Source: a virus
Taxonomy: Duplodnaviria; Caudoviricetes
IMG/VR virus record: IMGVR_UViG_3300031277_000003
Location: 1 to 55,534 of that record
Reading direction: 5' to 3' (one strand)
Length of the DNA stretch: 55,534 bases
Part shown: piece by piece, positions 8,613 to 17,782 of the stretch
Layout: each line of letters opens with the position of its first letter
Position numbering within the stretch: position 1 is the stretch's first letter
Notes under the pieces: generated by a model
The model's input: the letters and a program-made list of their open reading frames with translations, nothing else
Told to the model about the DNA's origin: nothing
Databases searched by the model: none
Made by a program: the position numbers and the translations under genes

Positions 8613-9964
8613 TGGAAAACTTGGAACGAATACCGCCACAGGCGCTCGACGTTGAGCGTACAATTTTAGGCTCAATGCTGATAGACAAAAAATGTTGCGC
8701 CGTTGCCTTTGATTTACTCAATACCGGCAGTTTTTATGTCGACGCAAACCGGAAAATATTTAATGCAATGAAGGATCTTTTCATTAAATCACAGCCTATT
8801 GATATAATTTCTGTAGTCGACAAGCTTGAAAAAATGGGACAGCTGGATTCAATCGGAGGGCCTTCTTATATCGGAGAGATTTCAGAAGCGATAGCCACGT
8901 TTGAAAATATCGAATATTATTCTAAAATCCTTCTGGAAAAACAGCAGCGCCGGGAAATTATTGAAACCGCGAGTAACGCCATAAACGCCTGTTACAGCGA
9001 TGATGAGTCGGAGGCCGGGGAAATCTCTTCTCGGCTGGTTTCCGGACTCCTGCAGGCGGGGAACGAAGCCAAGGGGGAAATTAAGCGGGTAGGAGAATTT
9101 CTATCCGACGAATTTACCCGACTTCACGTTGTTTGTAATTCCGGGAAGTCGAATGCTTTCATCACAACCGGGATACGCACGATCGATGAAAATATGATAA
9201 TTGAGCAGCATGATTATATCATAATCGGCGCACGTCCATCCAACGGAAAATCTTCTCTCGCAGGTTGTATTGCCCGGCATCTCGGGAAAGAAGGGAAGAT
9301 TGTTCTTAAAATCACCCTTGACTCTACTTCACGCAATGAAGTGTCCCGGGATCTCTTTTCAGAATCCCGAGTGAACCTTCACGATTTTAACCGCGGATTC
9401 GGAACCAAACGCGATTTAGGACGGCTACAGGTTGGCGCCGGACCACTCTATGAAATGCCGGTTTATATCGACGATCCGGCAAAAATCACCCCGGCACAGA
9501 TTTACGCGAAAGCCCTGCAGGTTAAATATAAAACCGGTGGGCTTCACCTGGTGATATTCGATTACATTCAACAGGCGGATTCAGACATCCAGCGCATGAA
9601 GCGGAACGAACAGATAAGCTCGGTTTCAAGAGCATTGAAAGCGCTTCCGAAACAAATAGGTTGCCCGGTTATCGCATTGTCTCAATTGGCGAGATATACC
9701 GACGAGGAGAAAAACCCGCCCACCCTTCGAATGTTGAAAGAATCCGGCGACCTTGAGGCTGATGTGAATATTGCTATCCTTCTCTATTTTCCTGAAAGGT
9801 ATAATACATCAGCAGAAAAAAATATGCTCCAATTCATAATTGCAAAGAATAAGAACGGTTCTATTGGAACATACAAGCTTAACTTTTTAAAGGAATATTA
9901 TTTGATTACCGATCGAGAGGAAAAACATGGAGAACCAAGCGTATACCAAACAGCCGGAGAATAA
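8612..9964 (+). CDS. dnaB: Replicative DNA helicase
   Basis: RIPPQA N-terminal domain, GARPSNGKS Walker A, DYIQ, ALSQL and ESGDLEAD motifs. Confidence 0.95.
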   Translation: MENLERIPPQALDVERTILGSMLIDKKCCAVAFDLLNTGSFYVDANRKIFNAMKDLFIKSQPIDIISVVDKLEKMGQLDSIGGPSYIGEISEAIATFENIEYYSKILLEKQQRREIIETASNAINACYSDDESEAGEISSRLVSGLLQAGNEAKGEIKRVGEFLSDEFTRLHVVCNSGKSNAFITTGIRTIDENMIIEQHDYIIIGARPSNGKSSLAGCIARHLGKEGKIVLKITLDSTSRNEVSRDLFSESRVNLHDFNRGFGTKRDLGRLQVGAGPLYEMPVYIDDPAKITPAQIYAKALQVKYKTGGLHLVIFDYIQQADSDIQRMKRNEQISSVSRALKALPKQIGCPVIALSQLARYTDEEKNPPTLRMLKESGDLEADVNIAILLYFPERYNTSAEKNMLQFIIAKNKNGSIGTYKLNFLKEYYLITDREEKHGEPSVYQTAGE

Positions 9965-10096
9965 TAAGTATCACCCTGAAACATGGCCGCGAAAACCGAA
10001 CGGTAAAATCGATTACGACGCATGGATTCAGCGTATAATGGCAATATGGCCCGAACCTAAACCTAAAATCAACCGCGATCTGACAAAGGTGTTCTG

Positions 10097-10489
10097 ATGA
10101 AAGTAATGATACTGAAAAACCCAGGCAGGCCGACAATTTGGTATAATGGTAAAATCGGGAGAATTTTTGATGTCGTTGATTACGATAAGGAACACTATAA
10201 AGTAAAAAATAAAAAATTGTTTATCCGAAAATGTAACTGTTCGGAGTACGGTAGAATGAAACTGTTCAAGAAAACGCTCGATTTCAAGCTGTTCGGCGTC
10301 CGGGTGCTAGCCATGCTCTCAACGTATCAGTATAAATACAAGGCATTAATCATGTTCTCCACCCACCGTTACGGTTACAAGCGCGGGGAGAAGCGGGAAC
10401 CGGCGCCGGATGCCAGCCAGACTAATTCGTTCACTGAAAACGATTCGGACTTTTTAACGTCACCAATAATTAAGGAGGAAGCATTATGA
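10097..10489 (+). CDS. Hypothetical protein
   Basis: 130 aa ORF in operon, ATGA-coupled to the next gene. Confidence 0.6.
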   Translation: MKVMILKNPGRPTIWYNGKIGRIFDVVDYDKEHYKVKNKKLFIRKCNCSEYGRMKLFKKTLDFKLFGVRVLAMLSTYQYKYKALIMFSTHRYGYKRGEKREPAPDASQTNSFTENDSDFLTSPIIKEEAL

Positions 10490-11007
10490 TTTACAAATTA
10501 ACAGTCAGCAGGCCGACAAGAAAAGGTTCCATGGTGCTGGTTGAAAGAGTAGTACAAAGCGACGCAAGCCAGCCGGAACTTTACGGTAAATTCTTAAATG
10601 ATTATACTGGATTTAACATATCAGTTACCGAGATAGAAAAGATTGAGGTGGTTGATATCCCGACAAAACAAACATCGGTAACGATAAACGCTAAGAAGCC
10701 TGAGGTAATTAATTCCATTGATATAAGAGTTAATTATAACGACAAAGAAAGAGAGCTTCTCTGTAAGTATAAAGAGTGTATTACAAACGCATTATCTATT
10801 AAGCACAATTTAGTAGAAATGGTAAAAATGCGATATGAGGAAAAGTATAACTATTTAGGGTATACTCATATGGTTGACCTTTGTCTATCAAGTGACTATC
10901 CCTCTCCTAAAATAAATGTACGTCTCTATGAGCCTATCAAGGAAATTGAAAAGAAAATATCTGAGGCCGGAGAAATTGAAACGCAGGAGTCAAATAATGT
11001 CGGCTGA
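10486..11007 (+). CDS. Hypothetical protein
   Basis: AGGAGG RBS; 173 aa. Confidence 0.75.
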   Translation: MIYKLTVSRPTRKGSMVLVERVVQSDASQPELYGKFLNDYTGFNISVTEIEKIEVVDIPTKQTSVTINAKKPEVINSIDIRVNYNDKERELLCKYKECITNALSIKHNLVEMVKMRYEEKYNYLGYTHMVDLCLSSDYPSPKINVRLYEPIKEIEKKISEAGEIETQESNNVG

Positions 11008-11131
11008 ACTTGAGGATTACGAAAAAGTTAAAAATGATATCGATGATCTCGTCGGCGAAACGTTTGAAGATATGGGAATCGACGAGGATGATATCGACGG
11101 TCTCGATGAAGACGAGGATCACGGTCAATAG
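10997..11131 (+). CDS. Very acidic small protein
   Basis: AGGAG RBS; MSAELEDYEK...DEDEDHGQ. Confidence 0.55.
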   Translation: MSAELEDYEKVKNDIDDLVGETFEDMGIDEDDIDGLDEDEDHGQ

Positions 11132-11146
11132 AAAAGGAAGAATATC

Positions 11147-11521
11147 ATGGTATTGAATTACGAAACTGACGAAGGAAAGATTCTTTCTGCAATTAATATC
11201 GCTCTTGGTGGCGATTGGTGGGAAGATTTATCAGAAGAGGCACAAGAAAGGATTCATGACGCTTTATATCAGGTGATGAACACAGTTAAAAAGGAAGCTT
11301 CTGATGTTAAAATTGGTGGTCACAGTTATTTACATACACCTAAAGACTGTAAAGAATGCCCTGTCAAGGTATGCAGGATTGATGATACTTACGGATCGGT
11401 AATTTGCCATGCAACACTATTTCGACATTTATGCAATATTAAGGATGATAAATACTCCCCGGTACGCCTCGACAAGGACATCCCGAAAGGTGGACCAGAA
11501 GGCTATCAGGCCGGGGAATAA
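11147..11521 (+). CDS. Hypothetical protein with Cys cluster
   Basis: AAGGA RBS; CKECPVKVC. Confidence 0.7.
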   Translation: MVLNYETDEGKILSAINIALGGDWWEDLSEEAQERIHDALYQVMNTVKKEASDVKIGGHSYLHTPKDCKECPVKVCRIDDTYGSVICHATLFRHLCNIKDDKYSPVRLDKDIPKGGPEGYQAGE

Positions 11522-11638
11522 TTTTAAAGGAGGAACGGATGGATGAGGAAGTGAAACATTGCCCAGAGTGCGGGGCTGTTTGGGATACTGAACATAACCG
11601 ATGTACTGCAAATTGTCAATCAACAGAAAGGTTCGATT

Positions 11639-12532
11639 ATGAGCAAACTAAAAGCTAAAAAGCCGGAAGAAGTAAAACAGGGAAAAGCAAAAGGTCTTAT
11701 TTTTGGAGCAAGCGGAGTGGGTAAAACGTTTTTTGCGCTTACCTTTCCAACCCCTTACTATATCGACACCGAAGGGGGAGCTGATGGCATAGAGTACCAG
11801 AAACGTCTCAAAGCGGCGGGAGGCGCGTACATGGGACCGGAAGAAGGGGCGCTTGACCTTTCGGCGATCGTTACCGAAATGCAGACTCTTGCCACCGAAA
11901 AACATGGCTACCATACATTGGTGATCGATTCGATTACGAAAGCGTATCAAACCTGTATCGCTAATGAAGCAGAGCGTCTTGGTGAACGTGATGTTTTTGG
12001 CGCGTCAAAAAAACCGGCTATTGCACAAATGAGACGCCTCGTCAATTGGTGCATGAAGCTTGACATGAATATCTGGTTTATCGCGCATGAAACATCGGAA
12101 TGGGGAGTAAATCCAAAAACAGGACAGCGGGAAGAAATAGGCAAGTGTCCAGACGTGTGGGATAAACTCGTTTATGAGCTTGATCTGGGGCTTCGTATTA
12201 TTCGCAGAGGAACAGGTTTCCCGGCTATTGCCTTTGTTGCTAAATCCAGGCTTCCAGGCTTTCAAGATGGAACAACATTTCCTCTTGAATATGCTGAATT
12301 TTCAGCACGGTATGGTAAGGATTCCATTGAATCGGAAACATCACAAATAATCCTTGCCACAAAAGAACAAGTTGAGGAGATTGAAAGAATCGTTTCCGTT
12401 TTAAAAATAAAGGAAGAAGAAACGGAAAAAATCCTCACAAAGGCTGGAGCATCTTCATGGAGTGAACTCACTACCGAACAGGCAATAAAAACATTGGAAT
12501 GGTTAAACAATAAAATCAAAGGAGTAAAGTAA
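11639..12532 (+). CDS. AAA ATPase, Sak4-like single-strand annealing protein
   Basis: GASGVGKT Walker A, YIDTEGG, LVIDS Walker B and IAHE motifs; adjacent to an SSB-like gene. Confidence 0.85.
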   Translation: MSKLKAKKPEEVKQGKAKGLIFGASGVGKTFFALTFPTPYYIDTEGGADGIEYQKRLKAAGGAYMGPEEGALDLSAIVTEMQTLATEKHGYHTLVIDSITKAYQTCIANEAERLGERDVFGASKKPAIAQMRRLVNWCMKLDMNIWFIAHETSEWGVNPKTGQREEIGKCPDVWDKLVYELDLGLRIIRRGTGFPAIAFVAKSRLPGFQDGTTFPLEYAEFSARYGKDSIESETSQIILATKEQVEEIERIVSVLKIKEEETEKILTKAGASSWSELTTEQAIKTLEWLNNKIKGVK

Positions 12533-12957
12533 TGCATTTCACACCATATTCAGAAAAAGATTTACCACGCCAGCTTCTTGAAAAAGGAGAATATGACGTT
12601 GAGGTTCTTGAATCAACAGATGTAATCAGTAAAAACACAAGTGCTGAAATGATAAAACTCAATCTTGCGGTATGGGTGGGAGATAAAGTCCGTTGCAGAT
12701 TATTCGATTATCTTCTTGATGCCATGCCTGCAAAACTGCGTCACGCTTGTGATACTTTCGGGTTACTTGATAAATACCAAAACGGAAGTCTTCGTGCCTT
12801 CGATTTTGAGGGAAGGACCGGTAAGGCGAAAATAGGTATTCAGTCTGATAAGACAGGGCAATACCCGGATAAAAACTCAATCGTCGATTACGTTTGCAGA
12901 CCGGCAAAACAACTTTCAAAAGAACAGCCCCAGAAAGACGACGATTTACCGTTTTAA
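12532..12957 (+). CDS. DUF669-like single-stranded DNA-binding protein
   Basis: GEYDVEV...MIKL pattern and acidic DDDLPF C-terminus. Confidence 0.8.
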   Translation: MHFTPYSEKDLPRQLLEKGEYDVEVLESTDVISKNTSAEMIKLNLAVWVGDKVRCRLFDYLLDAMPAKLRHACDTFGLLDKYQNGSLRAFDFEGRTGKAKIGIQSDKTGQYPDKNSIVDYVCRPAKQLSKEQPQKDDDLPF

Positions 12958-12975
12958 AATAGAAGGGCTCGAACA

Positions 12976-13209
12976 ATGAAACTTTTAGAGAAAGAAACCA
13001 CTAAAAAGGCATCACTTGATGCCATAGTATTGGTAAGTAAAGACGTGCTCAATGGTAACGATATTCCATTTGTGACTATTCAAATTTGTGTCCCGAACGG
13101 TCATTCGAACATAATCGTTGATACCGTCGATGAACTGGATGATATAATCTCAGGACTAAAAAAGGTCCGGGAAGAGTTTCATGCAAAGATCAAAGAATCT
13201 ACCAAATAA
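12976..13209 (+). CDS. Hypothetical protein
   Basis: 77 aa ORF in operon. Confidence 0.65.
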   Translation: MKLLEKETTKKASLDAIVLVSKDVLNGNDIPFVTIQICVPNGHSNIIVDTVDELDDIISGLKKVREEFHAKIKESTK

Positions 13210-13235
13210 TATAAACAATTAACAGAAAGACAACC

Positions 13236-13532
13236 ATGAAAAATCTCTATGTTTGCAGTAAAGCAGTAAAAGATTGCGGAGAGTGTCCCTCCGCCGTCCC
13301 GTACAAGTGGGGTCTGCGATGTATGTTCGGCGGCTGCCGGGAATACGCCGACCGGTGGAAAAAGGACATTCCGACCTGTGAAGAGTGCCCGGTAAAAAAT
13401 AACTGCTTTAAATATGAGCAGGGCAATCGATACGATCTGTCGAAGATGCCTGAATTCTGCCCAGAATATATGAGTAGAATTATCAAAAACGCAATATGCG
13501 TAAAAGTACAACCGCCGAAACAAGATGAATAA
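13236..13532 (+). CDS. Cys-rich hypothetical protein
   Basis: Multiple CxxC motifs. Confidence 0.65.
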   Translation: MKNLYVCSKAVKDCGECPSAVPYKWGLRCMFGGCREYADRWKKDIPTCEECPVKNNCFKYEQGNRYDLSKMPEFCPEYMSRIIKNAICVKVQPPKQDE

Positions 13533-13562
13533 CGTCTTGTCAATTCACACCGGTGGCCCCCG

Positions 13563-14143
13563 ATAACGGCGGCGGGGGCCGTTTTGTTATGAAAATGAAT
13601 AGCATTGACATAGAACTTGCGGTTACAGAATATTTTGGAGTACGCCGGAACATTATTGTCCCGAATGTATGGTGGGGCCTCGGCCTTAACCATGAATGCG
13701 ATTTACTGGTATTAACAAAAGCAAACTGTGCTTATGAAGTCGAAATAAAAACATCAAAGTCTGATTTGATAAAAGACAAAAAGAAACCTCATGGACATTT
13801 CTCAATGATAATCAGTGGATTGTACTTTGCAATACCATCTTACCTTGAACCATATATTGAACATATACCAGATAAAGCCGGAATACTGGTTTGTGATTAT
13901 TTAAAAAAGTACGGATTCACTGAAGTTGATGGACGATATACGGTTAAAAAATTGAGAACTCCAAAAATAGATAAAGTCAGATTTTCCGATTCACAACGAT
14001 TGAAACTTGCCGAACTCGGATGTATGAGAATTTTTGATCTGAAAAAATGTGCAAACTATCATGCCAAACAATACAAATTATTGTTAAAAAAATATTATGA
14101 ACTGGAAATAAGAAAATCATAACGGCGGCGGGGGCCGTTTTGT
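13563..14143 (+). repeat. 25-bp direct repeat flanking one gene
   Basis: ATAACGGCGGCGGGGGCCGTTTTGT at 13563-13587 and 14119-14143. Confidence 0.85.
13589..14122 (+). CDS. MmcB-like PD-(D/E)xK nuclease
   Basis: HECDLL...EVEIKTSKSDLIKD...LYFAIP...AGIL motifs. Confidence 0.75.
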   Translation: MKMNSIDIELAVTEYFGVRRNIIVPNVWWGLGLNHECDLLVLTKANCAYEVEIKTSKSDLIKDKKKPHGHFSMIISGLYFAIPSYLEPYIEHIPDKAGILVCDYLKKYGFTEVDGRYTVKKLRTPKIDKVRFSDSQRLKLAELGCMRIFDLKKCANYHAKQYKLLLKKYYELEIRKS

Positions 14144-14155
14144 GAAAGGTTGATT

Positions 14156-14569
14156 ATGCGTAATATGTCATTTATGCTAAAACCACAACAGATTATAGAT
14201 GAAACAGCATTCGCTACCCGTCGGCTTGGATGGTGGTTTCTTAAACGGCTTGATCTGGTCTGCGCGGTCAAAAAAGGCATGGGTCTTAAGAAGGGTGAAA
14301 AAGTAGTACGGTTAAAAACAATAATCATCCTCTCCACCTATCCGCAGGAATTAAATAAAATAACGGTTAGGGATGTAGAATTAGAGGGATTCCCAGGCAA
14401 ATCTCCGGAATGGTTCATAGATTTTTTTTGTACATCGCATAAACGATGCTTTCCAAACACGATAGTAAATGTAATCAATTTTACTTATTATAAAAATTGG
14501 GAAGAATTTGGAATTGAAGTAGACAAACAATTTAAAGCCTATCAAAACAGGAAAAAATTAAATGGGTAG
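14156..14569 (+). CDS. ASCH-domain protein
   Basis: MRNMSF...TRRLGW...LNKITVRDVELEGFP...VINF pattern. Confidence 0.75.
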   Translation: MRNMSFMLKPQQIIDETAFATRRLGWWFLKRLDLVCAVKKGMGLKKGEKVVRLKTIIILSTYPQELNKITVRDVELEGFPGKSPEWFIDFFCTSHKRCFPNTIVNVINFTYYKNWEEFGIEVDKQFKAYQNRKKLNG

Positions 14570-14999
14570 ATTATCACAGCAGCTCGGGAAAACCGGGGAA
14601 GAGGCCGCACGGTGGTATCTGCAAAACCTTGGATTCAAAGACGTGGAAAAATTAGCCACCCCTATGGTTAAAACTAAAAAAGGATGGGTTCACAGCAAAA
14701 AATCTTCGGTTGACTTCATCGCATGTATGCCGCAACCCGGGTGCATTTATCCCTATGCCGTCGCAAGGATCGAGGTTAAATATCACAACGGCGACACCCT
14801 ACCACATAGCGTAATGCAACCACATCAGTCGGAAAAACTGAGATCCTGGCACGAGAAAAAACTCCCTGCATTCGTTCTCTGGGTTCATACATGGATAGGA
14901 AACCAAATAGAATGCTATCTTATTGATTATCCAAACCCATACTTTAGACGCGGTAAAGCCCTGTCCGTGGAAACAGCAAAAAAAATATCATGGAAATGA
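14562..14999 (+). CDS. PD-(D/E)xK nuclease, RecU-like Holliday junction resolvase
   Basis: GKTGE...KSSVDF...IEVK...HQ motifs. Confidence 0.7.
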   Translation: MGRLSQQLGKTGEEAARWYLQNLGFKDVEKLATPMVKTKKGWVHSKKSSVDFIACMPQPGCIYPYAVARIEVKYHNGDTLPHSVMQPHQSEKLRSWHEKKLPAFVLWVHTWIGNQIECYLIDYPNPYFRRGKALSVETAKKISWK

Positions 15000-15043
15000 A
15001 AAAAAATAACGCATTTAAACAAATAATATATTAAATTACTATT

Positions 15044-15268
15044 ATGTCAGCAAAAAAAACACAGTTCCCTAAACCAAGCCACGGACTCTATATTGAAGAT
15101 TCTTTGTGGGAATTCTGTAGAGACAAATCAACAGAACGCGGATCATTCCATAATAAAACAGGATCATCAAGCGAATACATCAGACGTGCTTTCAAAGCAT
15201 GGATTTTAAAAGAAATGCCATACTTAAAAAAAGTTATGAAAGATGTTGACTGGGATGAAGCATATTAG
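15044..15268 (+). CDS. Ribbon-helix-helix-like DNA-binding protein
   Basis: HGLYIEDSLWE...SSSEYIRRA pattern. Confidence 0.55.
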   Translation: MSAKKTQFPKPSHGLYIEDSLWEFCRDKSTERGSFHNKTGSSSEYIRRAFKAWILKEMPYLKKVMKDVDWDEAY

Positions 15269-15274
15269 TATATT
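15246..15274 (+). promoter_or_regulatory. Pc-like promoter driving the cassette array
   Basis: TTGACT-N17-TATATT, ending 23 nt before the first GTT crossover. Confidence 0.7.
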
Positions 15275-15280
15275 AATATC

Positions 15281-15304
15281 GTTACACATAAACAACCGTT
15301 GTGT
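15281..15304 (+). other. attI-like primary recombination site
   Basis: GTTACACATAAACAACC-GTTGTGT. The GTT core at 15298 has no upstream attC hairpin and resembles attI1 (TAAAACAAAGTT). Confidence 0.55.
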
Positions 15305-15322
15305 GGAAATAAAGGAGCCTTT

Positions 15323-15430
15323 TATGTCAGTAAGCGCGCGTGTGAAAAGTGAGCCAGTCGGGTCACTGCATGCATACCTGAACGCCCTAGAGGGTTCGAG
15401 TCCCGTAGCAAGTGCGCGCGGAACACTATG
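15323..15430 (+). ncRNA. Cassette 1: tRNA-like structured RNA
   Basis: No convincing ORF. Closing stem GCGCGC and T-arm GGG-TTCGAGT-CCC. Confidence 0.5.
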
Positions 15431-15653
15431 GAAGGCTCCTTTACGTTCACACAACAGCCGCAGCCAGCAATATCCGGCGTTCAGGTCAACGGTCGGGGTC
15501 ATGTCCGAACGTTTAGCCCGTACCGGTGCGGTTGATACCAAGTCCGGAACTGCGCCGGATACTGCTGGCGACCCGGCGAAGCGCCAGTGCGGCCAACCGT
15601 TGTGCAACATTAACCGGTGAGTCTCTATTGGAGGCCGCCGCAAGAAAGGGAAT

Positions 15654-15947
15654 ATGAAATATCTAACAATTGGCAAGTATCGTGGCGATGATTTTCCAGG
15701 CTGCCCGTTCATCATATCAAAAGAACTAGATTCGAAAGAAGAAGCTATTCGCATTTTATCAACTCTTACTTCGTCGTTCTACGATTTGATGATAGTAGAA
15801 ATAACCGACATATTTTTCGAAGTCGCAGACGTTGTAGCGGCGGCTGGGCAAGTGGAATCACCGGTAAACGTCGCACAACAAACGCTACCCGCAGCGGGCG
15901 AAGCGCCCTTGGCCGATGGCACATTGGAAACGTCGGGTAGCGTCTGA
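15654..15947 (+). CDS. Cassette 2 hypothetical protein (reads into attC)
   Basis: RBS-ATG inside the cassette; C-terminus encoded by the attC. Confidence 0.7.
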   Translation: MKYLTIGKYRGDDFPGCPFIISKELDSKEEAIRILSTLTSSFYDLMIVEITDIFFEVADVVAAAGQVESPVNVAQQTLPAAGEAPLADGTLETSGSV

Positions 15948-16006
15948 CCGTTGTGTGCAATTGCCTGCGAGAGCGTTATTGTAGGCCGCGCTAAAAAGGG
16001 GATTTT

Positions 16007-16240
16007 ATGAATATACAATGTCCATTTTGCAAAGAAACCGATTTTGATCTTATTGGCCTGAAGAATCATTTGTTGTCTGGTCACTGCGAAGATTTCAATG
16101 ATGTGATGTCTGTTGAAGAAGAGCAGGCGGCGCGGCAGCATTTTAAGGAGTCGCAGGCCACAGACGCACAACAAACGCTACCCGCAGCGGGCGAAGCGCC
16201 CTTGGCCGATGGCACATTGGAAACGTCGGGTAGCGTCTGA
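16007..16240 (+). CDS. Cassette 3 zinc-finger protein (reads into attC)
   Basis: CPFC...DLIGLKNHL...C motif. Confidence 0.75.
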   Translation: MNIQCPFCKETDFDLIGLKNHLLSGHCEDFNDVMSVEEEQAARQHFKESQATDAQQTLPAAGEAPLADGTLETSGSV

Positions 16241-16297
16241 CCGTTATAAGGCAATAAATTATTCTTTTATATAAATAGTCAAAATGGAGCGGAACTT

Positions 16298-16534
16298 ATG
16301 AAATGGCAAGATGCGAGAATCGCTGAAAATGTAACGGATGAACTTTCCGACCTTAACTCTGTTCTCAATATTGTTTCTCAGATACCGAAAGGTGCTGCAA
16401 ACAGAATATTGCATTACTGTCATAATTATGTTAATAGAGACAGTGATGAATCACATCCAGTTGTTGAAAAGAAAGTGTCTGATGTAATGGAAGCTTTAAA
16501 GGGTTCCATTTTGAAGGATGATAAGGAGTCATAA
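16298..16534 (+). CDS. Cassette 4 hypothetical protein
   Basis: GGAG RBS; stop codon just before the attC. Confidence 0.75.
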   Translation: MKWQDARIAENVTDELSDLNSVLNIVSQIPKGAANRILHYCHNYVNRDSDESHPVVEKKVSDVMEALKGSILKDDKES

Positions 16535-16750
16535 TTTACATGCTTATAACAGCGGCAGCCAGCAATACCGGGCATTGGATAGAGGCGGTATCTAATAATG
16601 TTACGACATTGTAAAATGATACAATATCACGTCGGGCATCGACGCCCGGTACTGCTGGCGAACCGTCGAAGCGCCGATGCCGCTGACCGTTATCGGCAAT
16701 AAACCGGCGAGTCTTTGTTGGAGGCCGCCACAAAATACGGAGCGTTTTTT

Positions 16751-17029
16751 ATGATCCTTACTGAATTAATAGCCGAGAAACTTGATTGCGCACACGACTA
16801 TGTTAAATTATCGTCACTTTTTAAAGAGGATTTTGAAATAGATTCTCTTGATGAAATTGAACTTATTATGGCATGCGAGGATGAATACGATGTTGAAATA
16901 TCTGATGAAGAGGCGCAAGATATTAAGTCCGTTTCCGACGCCGCAAAGCTTCTTCTAGAAAAAGGCGTGGCGGCGGATAAATTAGGAGTCGCTGGTTTAC
17001 AGCCTATAACAGCGCCAGCCCAACATTGA
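16751..17029 (+). CDS. acpP: Cassette 5 acyl carrier protein
   Basis: EDFEIDSLDEIELIMACEDEYDVEISDEEA contains the DSL phosphopantetheine attachment motif. Confidence 0.88.
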   Translation: MILTELIAEKLDCAHDYVKLSSLFKEDFEIDSLDEIELIMACEDEYDVEISDEEAQDIKSVSDAAKLLLEKGVAADKLGVAGLQPITAPAQH

Positions 17030-17080
17030 AACGTCGGGCGGGTGGCGCGGGCCGTTGTGTGGAAATAAAGGAGCCTTTTT

Positions 17081-17210
17081 GAATTGTATTGCGCGACGAA
17101 GAGAACGTAGCCGATGTACGGCAAGGACGAAAAGTGTGGGCATGAGCGACATACGGCGGAGCCTGCAACGTCAAGCTGGCGGAAAATCATCGGTTCGCGC
17201 GACACTAGGG
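17081..17210 (+). ncRNA. Cassette 6: putative structured RNA
   Basis: No RBS-led ORF. Nested stems GCGCGA/TCGCGC and CCGATG/CATCGG. Same terminal inverted repeats as cassette 1. Confidence 0.45.
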
Positions 17211-17401
17211 AAGGCTCCTTTACGTTCACACAACAGCCGCAGCCAGCAATTGCACCGCTCCCCAAGGTGCCCGCAGATGCGTAATAGCATACACCTATCC
17301 AGCCCCTTGCAGCGAGGTGATGCGGTCGGGGGCGGTGCAACAGCTGGCGGGTGCGGCAAACCGTTATCGGCAATTATTGCCTCTTGAGAATTGGAGTTGA
17401 A

Positions 17402-17605
17402 ATGGTCGATAAAAACGGAGTTAAAATTAAGCCCGGATATGTTTTGTATAACCCTCACGATGAATACGGGTACTATACTGTAATTGCTGGTCCAGACGAT
17501 AAATTATTTCTTGGAGATTTAGATTCTCCATTAGAAAGATTTTCTCCGGAAGAGTTTTGGACCATTTCAAATAGAAATAAGGAATCGGCAACAACATGCT
17601 TATAA
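17402..17605 (+). CDS. Cassette 7 hypothetical protein (YopX-like DKNG motif)
   Basis: GGAG RBS; starts MVDKNGVKIKPG. Confidence 0.7.
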   Translation: MVDKNGVKIKPGYVLYNPHDEYGYYTVIAGPDDKLFLGDLDSPLERFSPEEFWTISNRNKESATTCL

Positions 17606-17782
17606 CAGCCGCAGCCAGCAATATGTGGGGCATCATGCTACGGAAGAAAGTGTGTGTGATTGAACGGTGTTGCGCAACATTTATTAAGTCCATGCCCCAC
17701 ATACTGCTGGCGACCCGTCGAAGCGCCGGTGCGGCCAACCGTTATGCAAAATTTCGTTACAAGAGATCGATTGGAGTTTTTT

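Noticed and set aside
8612-9964. Host assignment from the DnaB N-terminus and attC style (FCB-group-like impression)
   Set aside because: This is an impression only, and the tail genes look proteobacterial-phage-like. A phylogeny or spacer match is needed.
15323-15430. Canonical tRNA gene
   Set aside because: A T-arm is present, but I could not build a 7-bp acceptor stem, anticodon arm and CCA with normal spacing. It is kept only as tRNA-like.
15873-16249. Diversity-generating retroelement TR/VR pair
   Set aside because: The copies are identical rather than differing at adenines, and no reverse transcriptase is present.
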